NCBI RefSeq assembly: GCF_000143415.4
Contig: NW_003314274.1
Location: 311,209-375,208, forward strand
DNA length: 64,000 nt
Reading direction: 5' to 3'
Origin: Selaginella moellendorffii
Lineage: Eukaryota > Plantae > Lycopodiophyta
Both the position numbers and the translations under genes were made by a program. The notes beneath the pieces were generated by a model. That model searched no databases and was not told where the DNA came from. It saw only the letters and a list, made by a program, of their open reading frames with translations. Positions 1-11,290 of the stretch are shown one piece after another; position 1 is the stretch's first letter; every line of letters begins with the position of its first letter.

Positions 1-2391
1 GAGATACCCACTGTTCTTATGCTTGGATCTTATGATTCTCCTCATCCTTCGTGGGGCACAACACACTTCAGTCCAAATGCGTCCATCAATCCTTTAGGAC
101 CATTCCTTGACTTCACTTGAGTCATTTAGCTTTTTGGATTTTACTAATCCCACAACCCATAAAGTCTTATTTTTGAAGTGCTAGCTCATTGGAATATAAC
201 TTCTTGTATTCATGTCCTACTCACTAAGACCACCATTATAAGTGTTATTCCAACACTTGATTATTTTTCGTTCCCTATAGGCTACCTTTACCACTTAGGA
301 CTATCTGTCCATATGATGAGAATACAGACTCATCCTCTAAACATACCCCCAACTCCTTGGGTTTGCTCCAACATTTATAAAGGTAGCCTCAGCTACTATT
401 TCAAGGACTTATGTCTTTATCCATATTTGACCTCCCATAGTTATTAATTCTGATCTCAAATTCATAAGCACCAGCCTCAACTACATGAGGGTAATTTTGT
501 GACTCCTTTATTGTCTTGGAGTCTTTATCTTGCCCGTGATCCTAACTATAGTTATTTACCACAACTACATTAACCAGTTTGCTAAGTCAAATGCTCATCT
601 GGATCACATCCTCAACTCTCTGAGGAAAACTTTATACTATTCCCAAGATCCCAAAGTCATTCCATTATTGACCCTTTTCTATTCACCCCCTCATCTACAA
701 GTTCACATATGAACTGTAGTGGAGAGCCATGTCTTCCCAACTTGCTACTCCCCAAGGATAGGCCCACTCCTAAGACCTTCCGATACTAACACCAGTGGTG
801 ATATACTTGAGCACCAATAAAAGTCAGACGAAGGAACAGCTCCGATACCAAATTGTAAGAGACTAAATTTTTCATTCTACTTTAGTCATCTAACCACACT
901 TTCGATCACTTGGAGAAGTTTCACTCACAACCTCTTTGAGTCCTATTCCGGACTTGGGGACTTGCTAGTCTCAAGAATGGCCTCCGTGCCACTCAACCTT
1001 TACACTTGGTCCAAGTGCTCTATATGTCCGGTCCCATGACCGACACCCCAAGGTACAACTGACATACTAGCTTGTTCCGCTAAGGCCATGCCCATTCACC
1101 TTGGTCACACTGGTGGTCTAACACCACCTACATCGCAATCTTGTCTTTCAAAGATTAGGCCATCTATCCATGAGTGACTATCCTAAGTCCACTCTTTAGC
1201 ATCCTTAAGATACTTGCAAATATGAGGAACAACCTTCCCCAATATCCCTTTTACAATCCCCACCAAGTCCCTTTTTTGTCCATGGCCATGTTCACCAACA
1301 CTGCCACTAAGATAAGGCCCACAGGCCCAACCACTAAGTCCCACTGTCCTTTAGGACTTCCTCACCACATAACCGTATCATTAATCACTACACCAAAGGA
1401 CCACTCATCTTCCTTTCCATAGTCTAGGACTTTAGGACAACATTTTGGAACACCATGGCCCTACACGAGCCTTATGGGTACTCTCCCCACCTTCCACATT
1501 TTGGTGCTCTAGCCATGGGCTTAGAGTGAGGTTCCGTTGAGCCACATTAGGTATCCAAGTAGGTAGTGCCACCCACACTTGAGTTGGGAGCATTGACCAT
1601 TCGATCTCCCGAGGGAATTAGAACCAGCTTTTGAACACTCACCAAGCTACCCCGCTTGTTAGTCTGTATTCACTCTAGCTTTGGACTTCCTAGTGGTTAT
1701 CCCATCAGCCAACACTTGGGCATGGCTTTCTTGGGCCAAATTGGCCTTTCCTAGCCAAACTGGCTCCACTGGAGTCCTCCCCCCTACTTTTGGAGCTCAT
1801 CCAACCCCCCAGGGTCTAGGAGATGAATGCTTTAGGCTTTCACCCTCGAACTTGGACTCGGACTCGGATTTGGACTCAAACTCAAACTCAGACTCGGACT
1901 TGGACCTGGTCTAGGTCCCAACCCCGGTCCCAGTCCTGGTCTCGATCTTGGTCTCGATCTCGACCTCGGACTCCATCTCAGACTCCATCTCAGACTCCAT
2001 ATTGGACTCCATCTCGGACTCCGTCTCGGGTCCATCTCGGACTCCATCTCGGGTCCATCTCGGACTCCATCTCGGGTCCATCTTGGACTCCATCTCGGAC
2101 TCTATCTTGGATCCATCTTGGACTCCATCTCGGACTCCATCTCGGACTCCATCTTGGACTCCATCTCAGACTCCATCTCGGGTCCTTTTATGTCCCTTTT
2201 CTAGAGACTCACTTATTGCTCGCTTCATGCTTGTTCCTCAAGCCTTTCATTGGGAGTTCCACTCCCGCTCTCGACCTTTTAAGTCAAAGTGTTTAGTCCA
2301 AGCGTGTTAGGCTTTTTTGGTTTTCGCTTCGGCCACTACCACATGGCACCCTTTTGGCTCCATTTTGGGGCTTAGGGATTTGTGTCTCACA
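1..2391 (-). mobile_element. Family A LTR element, copy A1 (partial): 5' LTR 854-2391, Met PBS 839-850, non-coding internal region running off the window
   Basis: gctccgatacca (rc of TGGTATCGGAGC) is followed by TG at 854 and ends ...tctcaca at 2391. LTR and internal sequence are colinear with copy A2 (48264-50730). Confidence 0.9.
1847..2181. repeat. 6/12-bp tandem array (ctcggactccat / ctcggt) inside family A LTR
   Basis: Directly visible. The same array occurs at ~44385-44815 and ~50105-50500 and produces the spurious Ser/Pro/His-Leu-Gly ORFs. Confidence 0.95.
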
Positions 2392-2724
2392 TCCCCTAGG
2401 AGATTGAATGGTTAATACTCCCAATCCAAGTGTGGGTGGCATTATTTAATTGGATATTTGGCATGGTTCATTAGAACCTCGCTCTAGCCACTTGGCTAAA
2501 GCACCTAAACGTGGAAGGTGGGAGGAATACTTATAAGGCTTGTGTAGAGCTATTATGTTTCAAAATCTTATCCTAAAGCCTCGAATTATGGAAAGGAAGA
2601 AAAGCAATCCTCTTATGTAGTGACCAAAGGTATGGTCATGTGGTGAGGAAGTCCTAAAGGTTAATGAGACTTAGTGGTTTGGCCTTCAAGCCCTGATGTA
2701 ATGGTGGTATTAGTGAGCACTATT
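2392..2724 (+). mobile_element. Fragment of a family A LTR (old copy A3), opposite orientation to A1
   Basis: Reverse complement of the A1 LTR segment ~1285-1615. It is interrupted at 2725 by the D/E LTR and continues at 41361 on the other strand. Confidence 0.8.
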
Positions 2725-3923
2725 TGTAAACCATAAATTTTTCCTTTCCAATTTGCCAACTTCCTTTATCTATCGGACCAACACTACCTTGGCCTTAGCT
2801 AAGTTCCCTTGCCAAGGTTCCCACCTATTGTATCAGCTTCTACTTGGTTCTGCTTGGTTTCAACTACTCACTGCATGAGCAATAGAGCATTAGCCATCCA
2901 TCCACAAATTCTCGAATCTCTTCTAATCTCCCTCTCTGGGTTAGATTAGACTTAAGGTTTAACTACACTCCCCATAGGTATAAGCAGTCAAGCATACCAA
3001 GCCTCCAGGTTCTTAACATCCCTTGGTATAACAAGACTTGATCATGGGACCCTTTAAATCCTAAGCCTTGGGTGCAACACTTGCTTCGGGATACCGGGGG
3101 GAAATATCGTGGCTTAACGGCCGGGTATAGGTACCCCTACTCCCCCACTTCTATCCTAAAGGGAAGGCCCAAGCCCTTAGGAAGGGCGAGGAGCCACAAG
3201 GTACTCAAGTGGGGCACCACTCCACATAAGCCGAGAGCACCACAGTCGATTTCCCTTCCGGGAGTTAGAGCTGCTCTTCAGTATTTCCTTGGGTGGCCCC
3301 TCCAGCACCACCCAAGTCCATGCTCACTCCCACCCAAGGTCCCTCAGCCTTAGTTTCATCTCAACCTCAAATTAGTCTGGAAGCACCACTAGAGAGTTCC
3401 TTCAAGACTGGTTCTTGGACCTCACTATCCCTACTATACTTTTGGAACCCCCTGCAGTCCCCCCCCCTCAGACCTGACCATGGACCTGACCTCGGACTCT
3501 GTCTCGGACTCGGTCTTAGACCCAATATTGGATCTCGACTCAGTCTTAAACTCGGCCTTGGACTTGATCTCAAACTCTGTCTCAAACTCGGTCTTGGACC
3601 CGATATTGGATCTTGACTCGGTCTCAAACTTGGCCTTGGACTTGATCTCAAACTCTGTCTCGGACTCGGTCTTGGACCCGATATTGGATCTCGACTCGGT
3701 TTCAAACTCAGCCTTGGACTTGATCTCAAACTCTGTCTCAAACTCGGTCTTGGACCCGATATTGGATCTTGACTCGGTCTCAAACTTGGCCTTGGACTTG
3801 ATCTCAAACTCTGTCTCGGACTCGGTCTTGGACCCGATATTGGATCTCGACTCGGTCTCAAACTCAGCCTTGGACTTGATCTCAAACTCGGTCTCAGAGT
3901 AAGTCTCGGACTCGGTCTAAAAC
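2725..3923 (-). mobile_element. 3' LTR of chromovirus D/E, interrupted by B1
   Basis: Reverse complement of the E LTR (41362-42528), beginning tgtaaaccataaattt = rc of the LTR 3' end. Confidence 0.85.
3490..3920. repeat. 78-bp tandem repeat (~5.5 copies, 156-bp higher-order dimer) in D/E LTR
   Basis: The ORF 3480-3902 repeats a 26-aa unit with alternating D/N and S/L variants. Confidence 0.9.
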
Positions 3924-5792
3924 TATTGGGGGAAGGAGGGGCACCTCCCCCAATGCTCGCTCAAACACGAGAAATACTTCAATGCTCTTCACAAAAATGC
4001 CTCCCCTTGCCCTTATGAGGCAAGGGTTTTATACAAGGAAGATAGGGAATATTTTGAGGACCAAAATATTCCCTCTCTCTCTCTCTCTCTCTCTCGGTGG
4101 CCATGCCCTAATATGCAACCACAGTGGATTGTGCTAGCTCCAGAAGAGTGTAGAGTGTACCTTTGCTACTGATGCCAAGTGCTAGTACATGTGTGAAATA
4201 ATAGAAACTCTAGAAAACAAAGTGGAAAATAAAGAAAAGAGGTAGGTGTGAAGTTTGGAGACGGAGGAAAACCCGGTGGGAAACCCTATAGTCAAATTGG
4301 ACCTTGAAGTTGAAAAAAAAGTGCAAAAAGAGTGTGAAAAAAGGGGGAAAAATAAGAGAAAAAGAGTGTGAGTACCTAAAGAACTTAACCCGTACCTGGA
4401 TTTCAGCTCAGGAAAGTGTAATATGCAAATGCAACCTCTTGATGACTTCTAGTATGCTCTAAGGATTGGCTGAAATTGAGAAAGAAAGAGAGGTAAAAGA
4501 GGGGATGTATTGCCCAAGGGTGGTAAGTGTGGGAATGATGAAAGATGGAGTGATATGGTGGAGCGCCGAGATAGTGGTGGCACTCTGAAAAGGTGGCCAT
4601 TGATACAATGACCTCTTGGAGTAGCCGGTAACTAGTAACCAGTAACTAGTAACTAGTAACCAAGGACCTATAACCGGTAACCACCCGCTCTCGCTCTTAC
4701 TCTTGCGCCTGCTTCAGCACCAATATGGTGGAGTGGTATGGTGGACCATCAAGATGGTGGTGGCCCTTTGAGAAGTGGTAGGCCAATGGACTAATGTGTC
4801 GGACTGAGGAAGACAGTAGCTAAAAAGGACAATGTAGTCACTAGGTTGCCGGTAAAGAGAGGTGGCATGTGTCCACTGAGTGCTGGAGCAGAAGAAAGTG
4901 GCTTTAGCTTCTGTGGCCTCGCGTAAAGATCCACCTAGGAGCCTTAAGTGAACAAGCTCACCTTGTTGGAAGAAAGTCGCTCCAGAAAAGCTAATGTGTT
5001 ATCGGCAAATGGCATAAGGACATCTTGGAAATGGCACTTCCAAATAAGGTGGTGTCTTTTGCTGCTGGTGCATATACGTGTGTTTGTGTAAATCTGACCT
5101 CAATCGGAGATGTGAATGATGGTGAAAGAATGAAAGATGCAAGATGGGCATCTAGAGATAAGTGCAAGCAACGTTGTTGGAAGTGAGTGGTGATAGAACT
5201 GTGAGTGTAGATAATATGGAATGAGTGAAGGGAATGTGTGGGGTGTAGTAATGGTAAGAGAAGGACCAAAGAACCTGGAACATAGACCGAGCCAAGCAAG
5301 GGCCCTCCATACAAACGGCAATGCAGCTTGAGCACAAAATCCAAGGCATGGCCCATGGTCCAATGGAGAAACACCCTCTGAAAGTAAGAAAAGGAGCCAT
5401 GAAAGTAAAATGAAAGAAAGGAAGAAAAAGAAAAAGTAAAAGAAGAGAAGAGGAACACCTCACCAGATGAAGTGTTTGAGATGAGAGTGGTTGTGAGCAT
5501 GTGGGAGCTCACATCCATCAGCATCAACTAGCACATATGCTCGGGGCTAGATAGTTTTTGAGTTGAGCTCACGAGCTGAGATCAAGTTAATAAAAGTCAA
5601 TGAAAGTCAATATAGTCCACCAAATACAAAAGTTGATGTTTAAATGATTGGTTTGGGATGAACCAACAATTTTATTCAAAACTTAAGACATATTTTCAAT
5701 TCAAGAAAAAGCTAAATAATATAAATCTAATAAGAAAATAAATGTCATAAGTCAAAGAAGAAACTCTACATTACCTCTAAAAAAAGCTAAAC

Positions 5793-8700
5793 TTAGTCTT
5801 CCTTGACATCCACATCCACAAAAGGAGGAGTTTGTATAGTATTATGCTCTCTAACTGTGGGCTCTTGTTTTATATAAGCTTGTGCCTTTGCTTCTACATA
5901 ACATGGCAAATTATAGCCCATGTCATCGATCCACCTAATATACACAACCATGATGAAATTTATACTTTATTATCACCTATTATGCAATGTCCCAAGAACA
6001 CCTTCAAATGCACTCTCCTTCTCTAATGCAAAAACTACACGCCCAGTCTCTTTAGCCGCTAGCACCATCGAACCAAAACCTATTGTAGCATCAAGCACAA
6101 TCCCCTTAGGAGGACAAAACAACTCTAGGAGGATTTGCATGGCCTTTGGTGAACAATGTCGATAACCAGGGAACTCTATATGATGGTCCTTGTCGATAAC
6201 ATTTGGGATGATATCTGTTGAGCTATCATATCCTGGCAATGCCAAACCTACACGCTCATCAGCTCGTGTAATACTGTGACGGCAAGCATAGTGGTAGAGA
6301 GTATGGTAGTTCCATGCTAAAACCTACAAGGAAAACAGGCAATCAATTTAAGATATGAAAAATAAGGAAATGCAAACCTTTTGGATTCAGCCACCTGCTC
6401 CATTTGTTTCGACTGGGATATTTGAGAGTAAGCAGCCTGATGCAAACTCAACCAATCTAGAGTCATCTTCTCTGCCATCATTGCAAGAAGACCTCCCCAA
6501 AATAAAGAACGAGGAAGAATGATTAGCATAATGCCCTCGTATCGCAACACTTTGGATGCCACATCCACTGCTTGAGAAATATGGTCTAGTCGAAGGATGT
6601 TCCAAGATGGAGTGTCACCTTGTAAAGGTGGTAACCCATCAGATAGGTCGAAGAATGCGAGGTCAATGCCGAAAGTATTGTTCATTCCCAATCCTCACAT
6701 CCATTAATGGAACATAAAAGACTCTCGGCTCACATTGTTGGAAAGCTGAAAGTAGTCCCCAATAACTATTTTCACGTTGCCAACACTTCCCATAGGAGAA
6801 AGAGGGCGAACCTGAATAGTGTTCAAAACTAGGAAATATTAAAGTTCATACATGTTTTTTTCCATACCTGTTTATGTGAAGCCGATGAAGATAACTCTTG
6901 GAGGTCATCCTCTGTAGCAGTGGGAAGGGATGGAAAGAATGCATTTGTACGTTGACGTATAAAGTGCTAGTTGGTTTCTCCAACATCTACAACCAAATTA
7001 CAATAAGCAAGGTCATTGAAAATCAAGTTCTTACTCTCTTGGACGTCCTCACTATGGAGCTGCCTTCGTACATTTCGAACAGTCGAGGCTAGACAAGTAG
7101 CGGCAGTAGGATCTGGGGAATGAGCAATTGTTGTAGGATGAGATGGGGCAGGAGAGTTTTCAACCAGGTTCTCCACTCATTTGTCTTCAGCCTACTCAAT
7201 ATGAATCTCTTCCCTATCTTAAGGCATCTCCACTCTCTCCAAAAGTGCCTCTTCAATAAAGTAAAAACATAAGTTACTATTAGGAAATTTTACTCATCAA
7301 ACCTAGATGACACTTGAGGTAGAGATCAAGCTCAAAAGGTGACAATGGCATTTGCCTCCACAACTCCAAGTACCATGGACAAAGTTTTCACTCCTGCACA
7401 GTGGAACACTGAAACTCTAGCTTATACATGCCAAGTTTCTTCCCACCAGTTAAGAGCTTAAGAAAAACACTTGCTGTGTACACTGGAGCACTTGGGCAAT
7501 GATTTAAATACCTACAAAAGAGTCATGATTAAATAAACAAGTCAAATTCTTGCAATATACCTATATGCCATGCGGCACGAGAAAAATGGTTAGCCCAGTT
7601 GGTTCTTGAAATCCATAGAGCTTGAGCTGCCATCAGGAAGCCGTCCATCCCCAAGCTCTTGAAGGGAAGCTTGGACATATTCTGGAAGTGTTATGCCGGT
7701 GCGGGCATTAGTAAGGAACTTCATATCCCATACTTGAAATAGCTCCTCAACAGCTGCAATACTCTAAGTGATATAGAGCTTCTCCTTCATCACATTCTCA
7801 AATTTGCTCTCCAACCTCTTATCATTGTTACGATGCCAAGTGTTGAGGAGTTCCAAGTAAGAGGTTTGTTCGTTGAAGGAAAGCTTGCTTTTTGCAATGT
7901 TATAGATCAATTCTTCAGGTGCTTTACCATTTCCTGCAAGGACAAGGATTTCAAAGTGGAATGAGAAAGATAAAAGGGACTAACTTACTACTATGAGAGC
8001 ATATCTCTGCAATGCAATCCAACCAATCTTTATCATGGCGAATGTCTACAATTGCACATAGCTTCTTCACCTTTGATTTCTTCGAGTTCAAAATGCACTG
8101 CTCAATTTGTCGCAATTCAAGGTTCTTTACACCTCATCTGTCACTTGTGTAATCTTCAAATATGAGTTTTGCTTTGCCTTGACAATTGGCTAAAAGAAAA
8201 ACTTGTGAGTAGAAAACACAATTTCATGCAAGAAAAGGATACCTTTGCCCAGACCAAAACCAAAAAATCCATAGGCACCTAATACCAAGTAAGCAACGCT
8301 TGGCCTTTACGTGCTACAAGCTTTGCTTGAACCGCTTCCATAACTTCACAACTATACAGCATCTTGATTTCGTCGAGAGAAAGCATGCCAACATATTGAA
8401 GGTGCTTGATATCATGGACCAAGGTATGTGCTTGGAAAGAAAATTGATTAAGCCTGTAACATAGTTGGTGAGAACAAAGGTTACAAGTAAAAGATTCTTA
8501 CATGTTGATCTTGTGAAATGCCAAGTTGAGCCTCATAGCTTGGTTTCAATCTTATGGCTCCACAAGTGTCATTGGAACACAAATATGTCACTTGTCATCA
8601 TCCTGGAACTTCTCTTGGATACACCTCCAAAACACAAGCCACCGGTGGTTTCCATCAATAATGAAGAACATCCAGCCTACAAAGGCTTGTGTCTCTTGGA

Positions 8701-9545
8701 TCTAGACACCACTGCTCCCACCATGGTCTTCCTCCGAAGCAGTGCTTTGAACTTGTGAGGTGTCCCTAGTGAATCTAGCACAACGATCTAGTCGTTTTCC
8801 TGGAGAACGGGTCCATTGAGGTTGACCAGGACACTTCTTCTGTTGTGGCATGATTTATATATCTACATGAAAATGACAAATAAACTTGAGTAAACATTAA
8901 AAAAACTGCAAAGTAGTTCCCTTGGCACTGGGAAGATTGGTTCGTCACCGAACTGATCTTCGCAGCACCAAGGGAACAAAAAAAAGAAGAAAAGAAGCAG
9001 TTCCCTTGGTGCTGGGAAGATTGGTTCATCGCCGAACCGATCTTCTCAGCACCAAGGGAACAAAAAAAAGAAGAAAAGAAGAAGTTCCCTTGGCATAGGG
9101 AAGATCGGTTCGTTGCTGAACCAATCTTCTCATCACCTAAGGAAAAAAAAAAGAAGAAAAGAAGAAGTTCCCTTGGCATTGAGAAGATCGGTTCGTCACT
9201 GAACCGATCTTCCCAGCGCCAATGGAACGACAAGAAACTAAAAAAAGCCCAAAACCTGATGTGTTGGGAAGATTGGTTCGTCGCCGAACCAATCTTCTCA
9301 GCGCCAATGGAACGACAAGAAAAAAAAAAACCCAGATTCTGATGTGTTGGGAAGATCGGTTCACTGCTGAACCGATCATTCCAGCGTGAAGTAGTTGTGA
9401 GGCGCAAGTTACTTGCAAGCTAGGAGCAAGATGGGGAGATGGAAAAGCAACAGAGAGAGGCATACCTTGATTGAGGAGTGTCTTTCTAGTGTCTTGAAGA
9501 GCATCTAGCATCCTGATTGAAAAGCATCTTGAAGCATTCAAGCAT
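5793..9545 (-). pseudogene. Multi-exon gene: ParB/Srx-like domain fused to beta-class N4/N6 DNA methyltransferase-like domain (stops and frameshifts present)
   Basis: FFIIDGNHRW at 8642-8662; KIVIGDY at ~6752-6775; IDLAFFDLSDG (DPPY position) at 6635-6667; LLELFCPPKGIVLDATIGFGSMVLAAKETGRVVFALE (SAM-binding motif I) at ~6020-6135. Canonical GT-AG introns at 8863-9465, 8454-8501, 8190-8242, 7934-7988, 7512-7560, 6987-7034, 6812-6867, 6324-6377, 5935-5976. Confidence 0.75.
8916..9386. repeat. Array of six palindromic hairpin units (period ~84 bp) in intron 1 of the ParB-MTase gene
   Basis: Unit gttcccttggtgctgggaagattggttc-N6-gaaccgatcttctcagcaccaagggaac plus an A/G-rich linker. Units start at 8916, 9000, 9084, 9167, ~9261, ~9343. 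Confidence 0.95.
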
Positions 9546-9935
9546 TTTTCTCTTGCCCTTCCTTGCTCAAACCCTACCCTAAAAATTAACAGTCACAATC
9601 AATGGTCATGATCAATAGTCACGATTAATTTTTTAACAGTACTTGGATATATTTATAGGACAAATCCACTATGAACATAGATTCCACATGTTCTTTCCAA
9701 GGAAACAATCATTCAATGCTTTAGATATTAATTGTATAATTGATTATGAGAGGAATAATATTGTTGAAATGAATGGGGTTATGAGTGAGAGGTGCCAATT
9801 AATCACAAGAGTTGTAGCATTAATTGCTTGTTCTCCTCATTTCCATGCTCTTTTCCTTTCAAAAGAGTTTCATTCTTTTTATAAATGAGAGAGAGTCAAG
9901 CTTGAAAATGTTGGTTTAGGGTTTAGGGTCATTAG
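9546..9935. promoter_or_regulatory. Putative bidirectional promoter region with telo-box-like motifs
   Basis: AT-rich spacer between divergent genes, with aaaccctaccctaaaa at ~9569-9584 and ttagggtttagggt at ~9916-9929. Confidence 0.4.
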
Positions 9936-9945
9936 ATCTCTTGAG

Positions 9946-11094
9946 CAGTCATCAAAAGCTTTGGCTGCACAGGAAGCAAGGTTTGCTAGTACAGGTCCAA
10001 ACTTAGACAAGCTTCGAGAGCGGGTTGGTAGAAGGACATCACTAGCAGTAGGGTCAATATCTAAGATGGTGGGGGAAGTTATTACTGGAACTCCTATGGA
10101 ATCAAGTTATGAACCACTTGGGGACATGAGGACAGCCTGTTTGAAGCGTCGATAGACATTTGATGGGACTAACATCACTCCTTCTAGCTCTCACCGTCCA
10201 GAGTTTGACTACCATTCTGTTCCATGACACCGGAGAAGAACTAAGGAACATGGAGTGGAGGAGGTGCCAATTGTTACACAAGTAAATCCAGTGCCAAAGG
10301 TTGAGAAGATTATTGCTCGTGAGCCAATTTCTTGTATCAACTGGGCAATTCGAAGAGTTAGTACCAAGAGTAATGCACATTGCTCTGGAATGATTTAGAG
10401 TCAAGATCAGTGTCTCGCATTTGTGCGCTCAGGTTCAAGTTCTTCAGCAGTACCATGTTTCTGGGGCTGTCGAGATCTAAGGGTAAAGGGCCGTCAGTCA
10501 ACTTGGATTTACTGTTGTGGGACTGATGTTACTCATACAAACCGGATCCATAGCTCAATTATCTTGAAGCCAGATTCTGTGCTAGAGGAGTGGCCAGTTG
10601 AGTGAAGCTGCAATCTTTTAAAAGAAGAGATTGAAAGTCTGAAGAGAGCTGGTTTCAAGCTGAAGACTTTCTCAAATGTTGTTATTGATACTACTATGCC
10701 ACCAATGTCAACACTAGACCGGCATACACGACCAGCTAGAAATGGGAAGGCTGTACAATATAGGTTTTCCATTTCAAAAGGTGCACAAGAGAAGATCAAA
10801 CTGGCAAAGGTGTTGAAATGCACAATCAGAAGGATAAACTACATCAGTGCTGTGGCTAAGGAGTTTGTTGTTGTGACTGAGTCATCAAAGGGTATGAGCT
10901 ACACTATCAGAATCTACAAAAATCCATCCTGTACCTGTCCAAATCTTACACAGAGGGAGAATAGGGGAAAGGTATATTTAACCTGCAAGCACATCTATTA
11001 CATTTTTATGCAGGAACTAAACCAAGATCTTAAGGTCGACAATCACATCCATCAGGCAAGCTTTACAATTGTAGAGCTTGAGAAGTGTTTCTAG
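9946..11094 (+). pseudogene. C-terminal part of a MULE-type transposase with SWIM zinc finger
   Basis: ORFs 9961, 10423 and 10696 share one frame separated by single stops. The SWIM motif YTIRIYKNPSCTCP...CKHIYY has its CxC-CxH at 10930-10992. No DDE core is recognisable. Confidence 0.7.
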
Positions 11095-11290
11095 ATCACT
11101 TTTGGTGTTCAGATCTATATTTATATTTGTATTTTATGGATCGAATTTACTTGGAAATATAGATTAAATCAAAATTTGATAAATGAAAAGATGTTGGTTC
11201 AAGATGAACCAATGTTTTCCTTGTGTTTGAGAACTCATGAGCTCAGCTCGTGAGCTCATGAACTCAAAACCTACCCGGGCTCATATGCTC

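Larger units (their letters stand above)
5543..11281. mobile_element. Mutator-like (MULE) DNA transposon carrying a ParB-methyltransferase gene
   Basis: Exact 9-bp TSD catatgctc at 5534-5542 and 11282-11290; removing the insert restores the B integrase sequence seen at 26821-26860. Imperfect ~45-bp TIRs (tag.ttttgagt...tgagctcacgagctgag). SWIM-finger ORF inside. Confidence 0.85.

Noticed and set aside
5973-6691. Bacterial contamination or a restriction-modification gene
   Set aside because: The gene has spliceosomal introns and lies in a TSD-flanked element nested in a plant retrotransposon; no restriction enzyme gene is visible.
8916-9386. CRISPR-like array
   Set aside because: The linkers are near-identical A/G tracts rather than unique spacers, the units are too long, there are no cas genes, and the context is a eukaryotic intron.
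8775-9541. 210-aa and 134-aa minus-strand ORFs
   Set aside because: They are translations of the hairpin array within a predicted intron.
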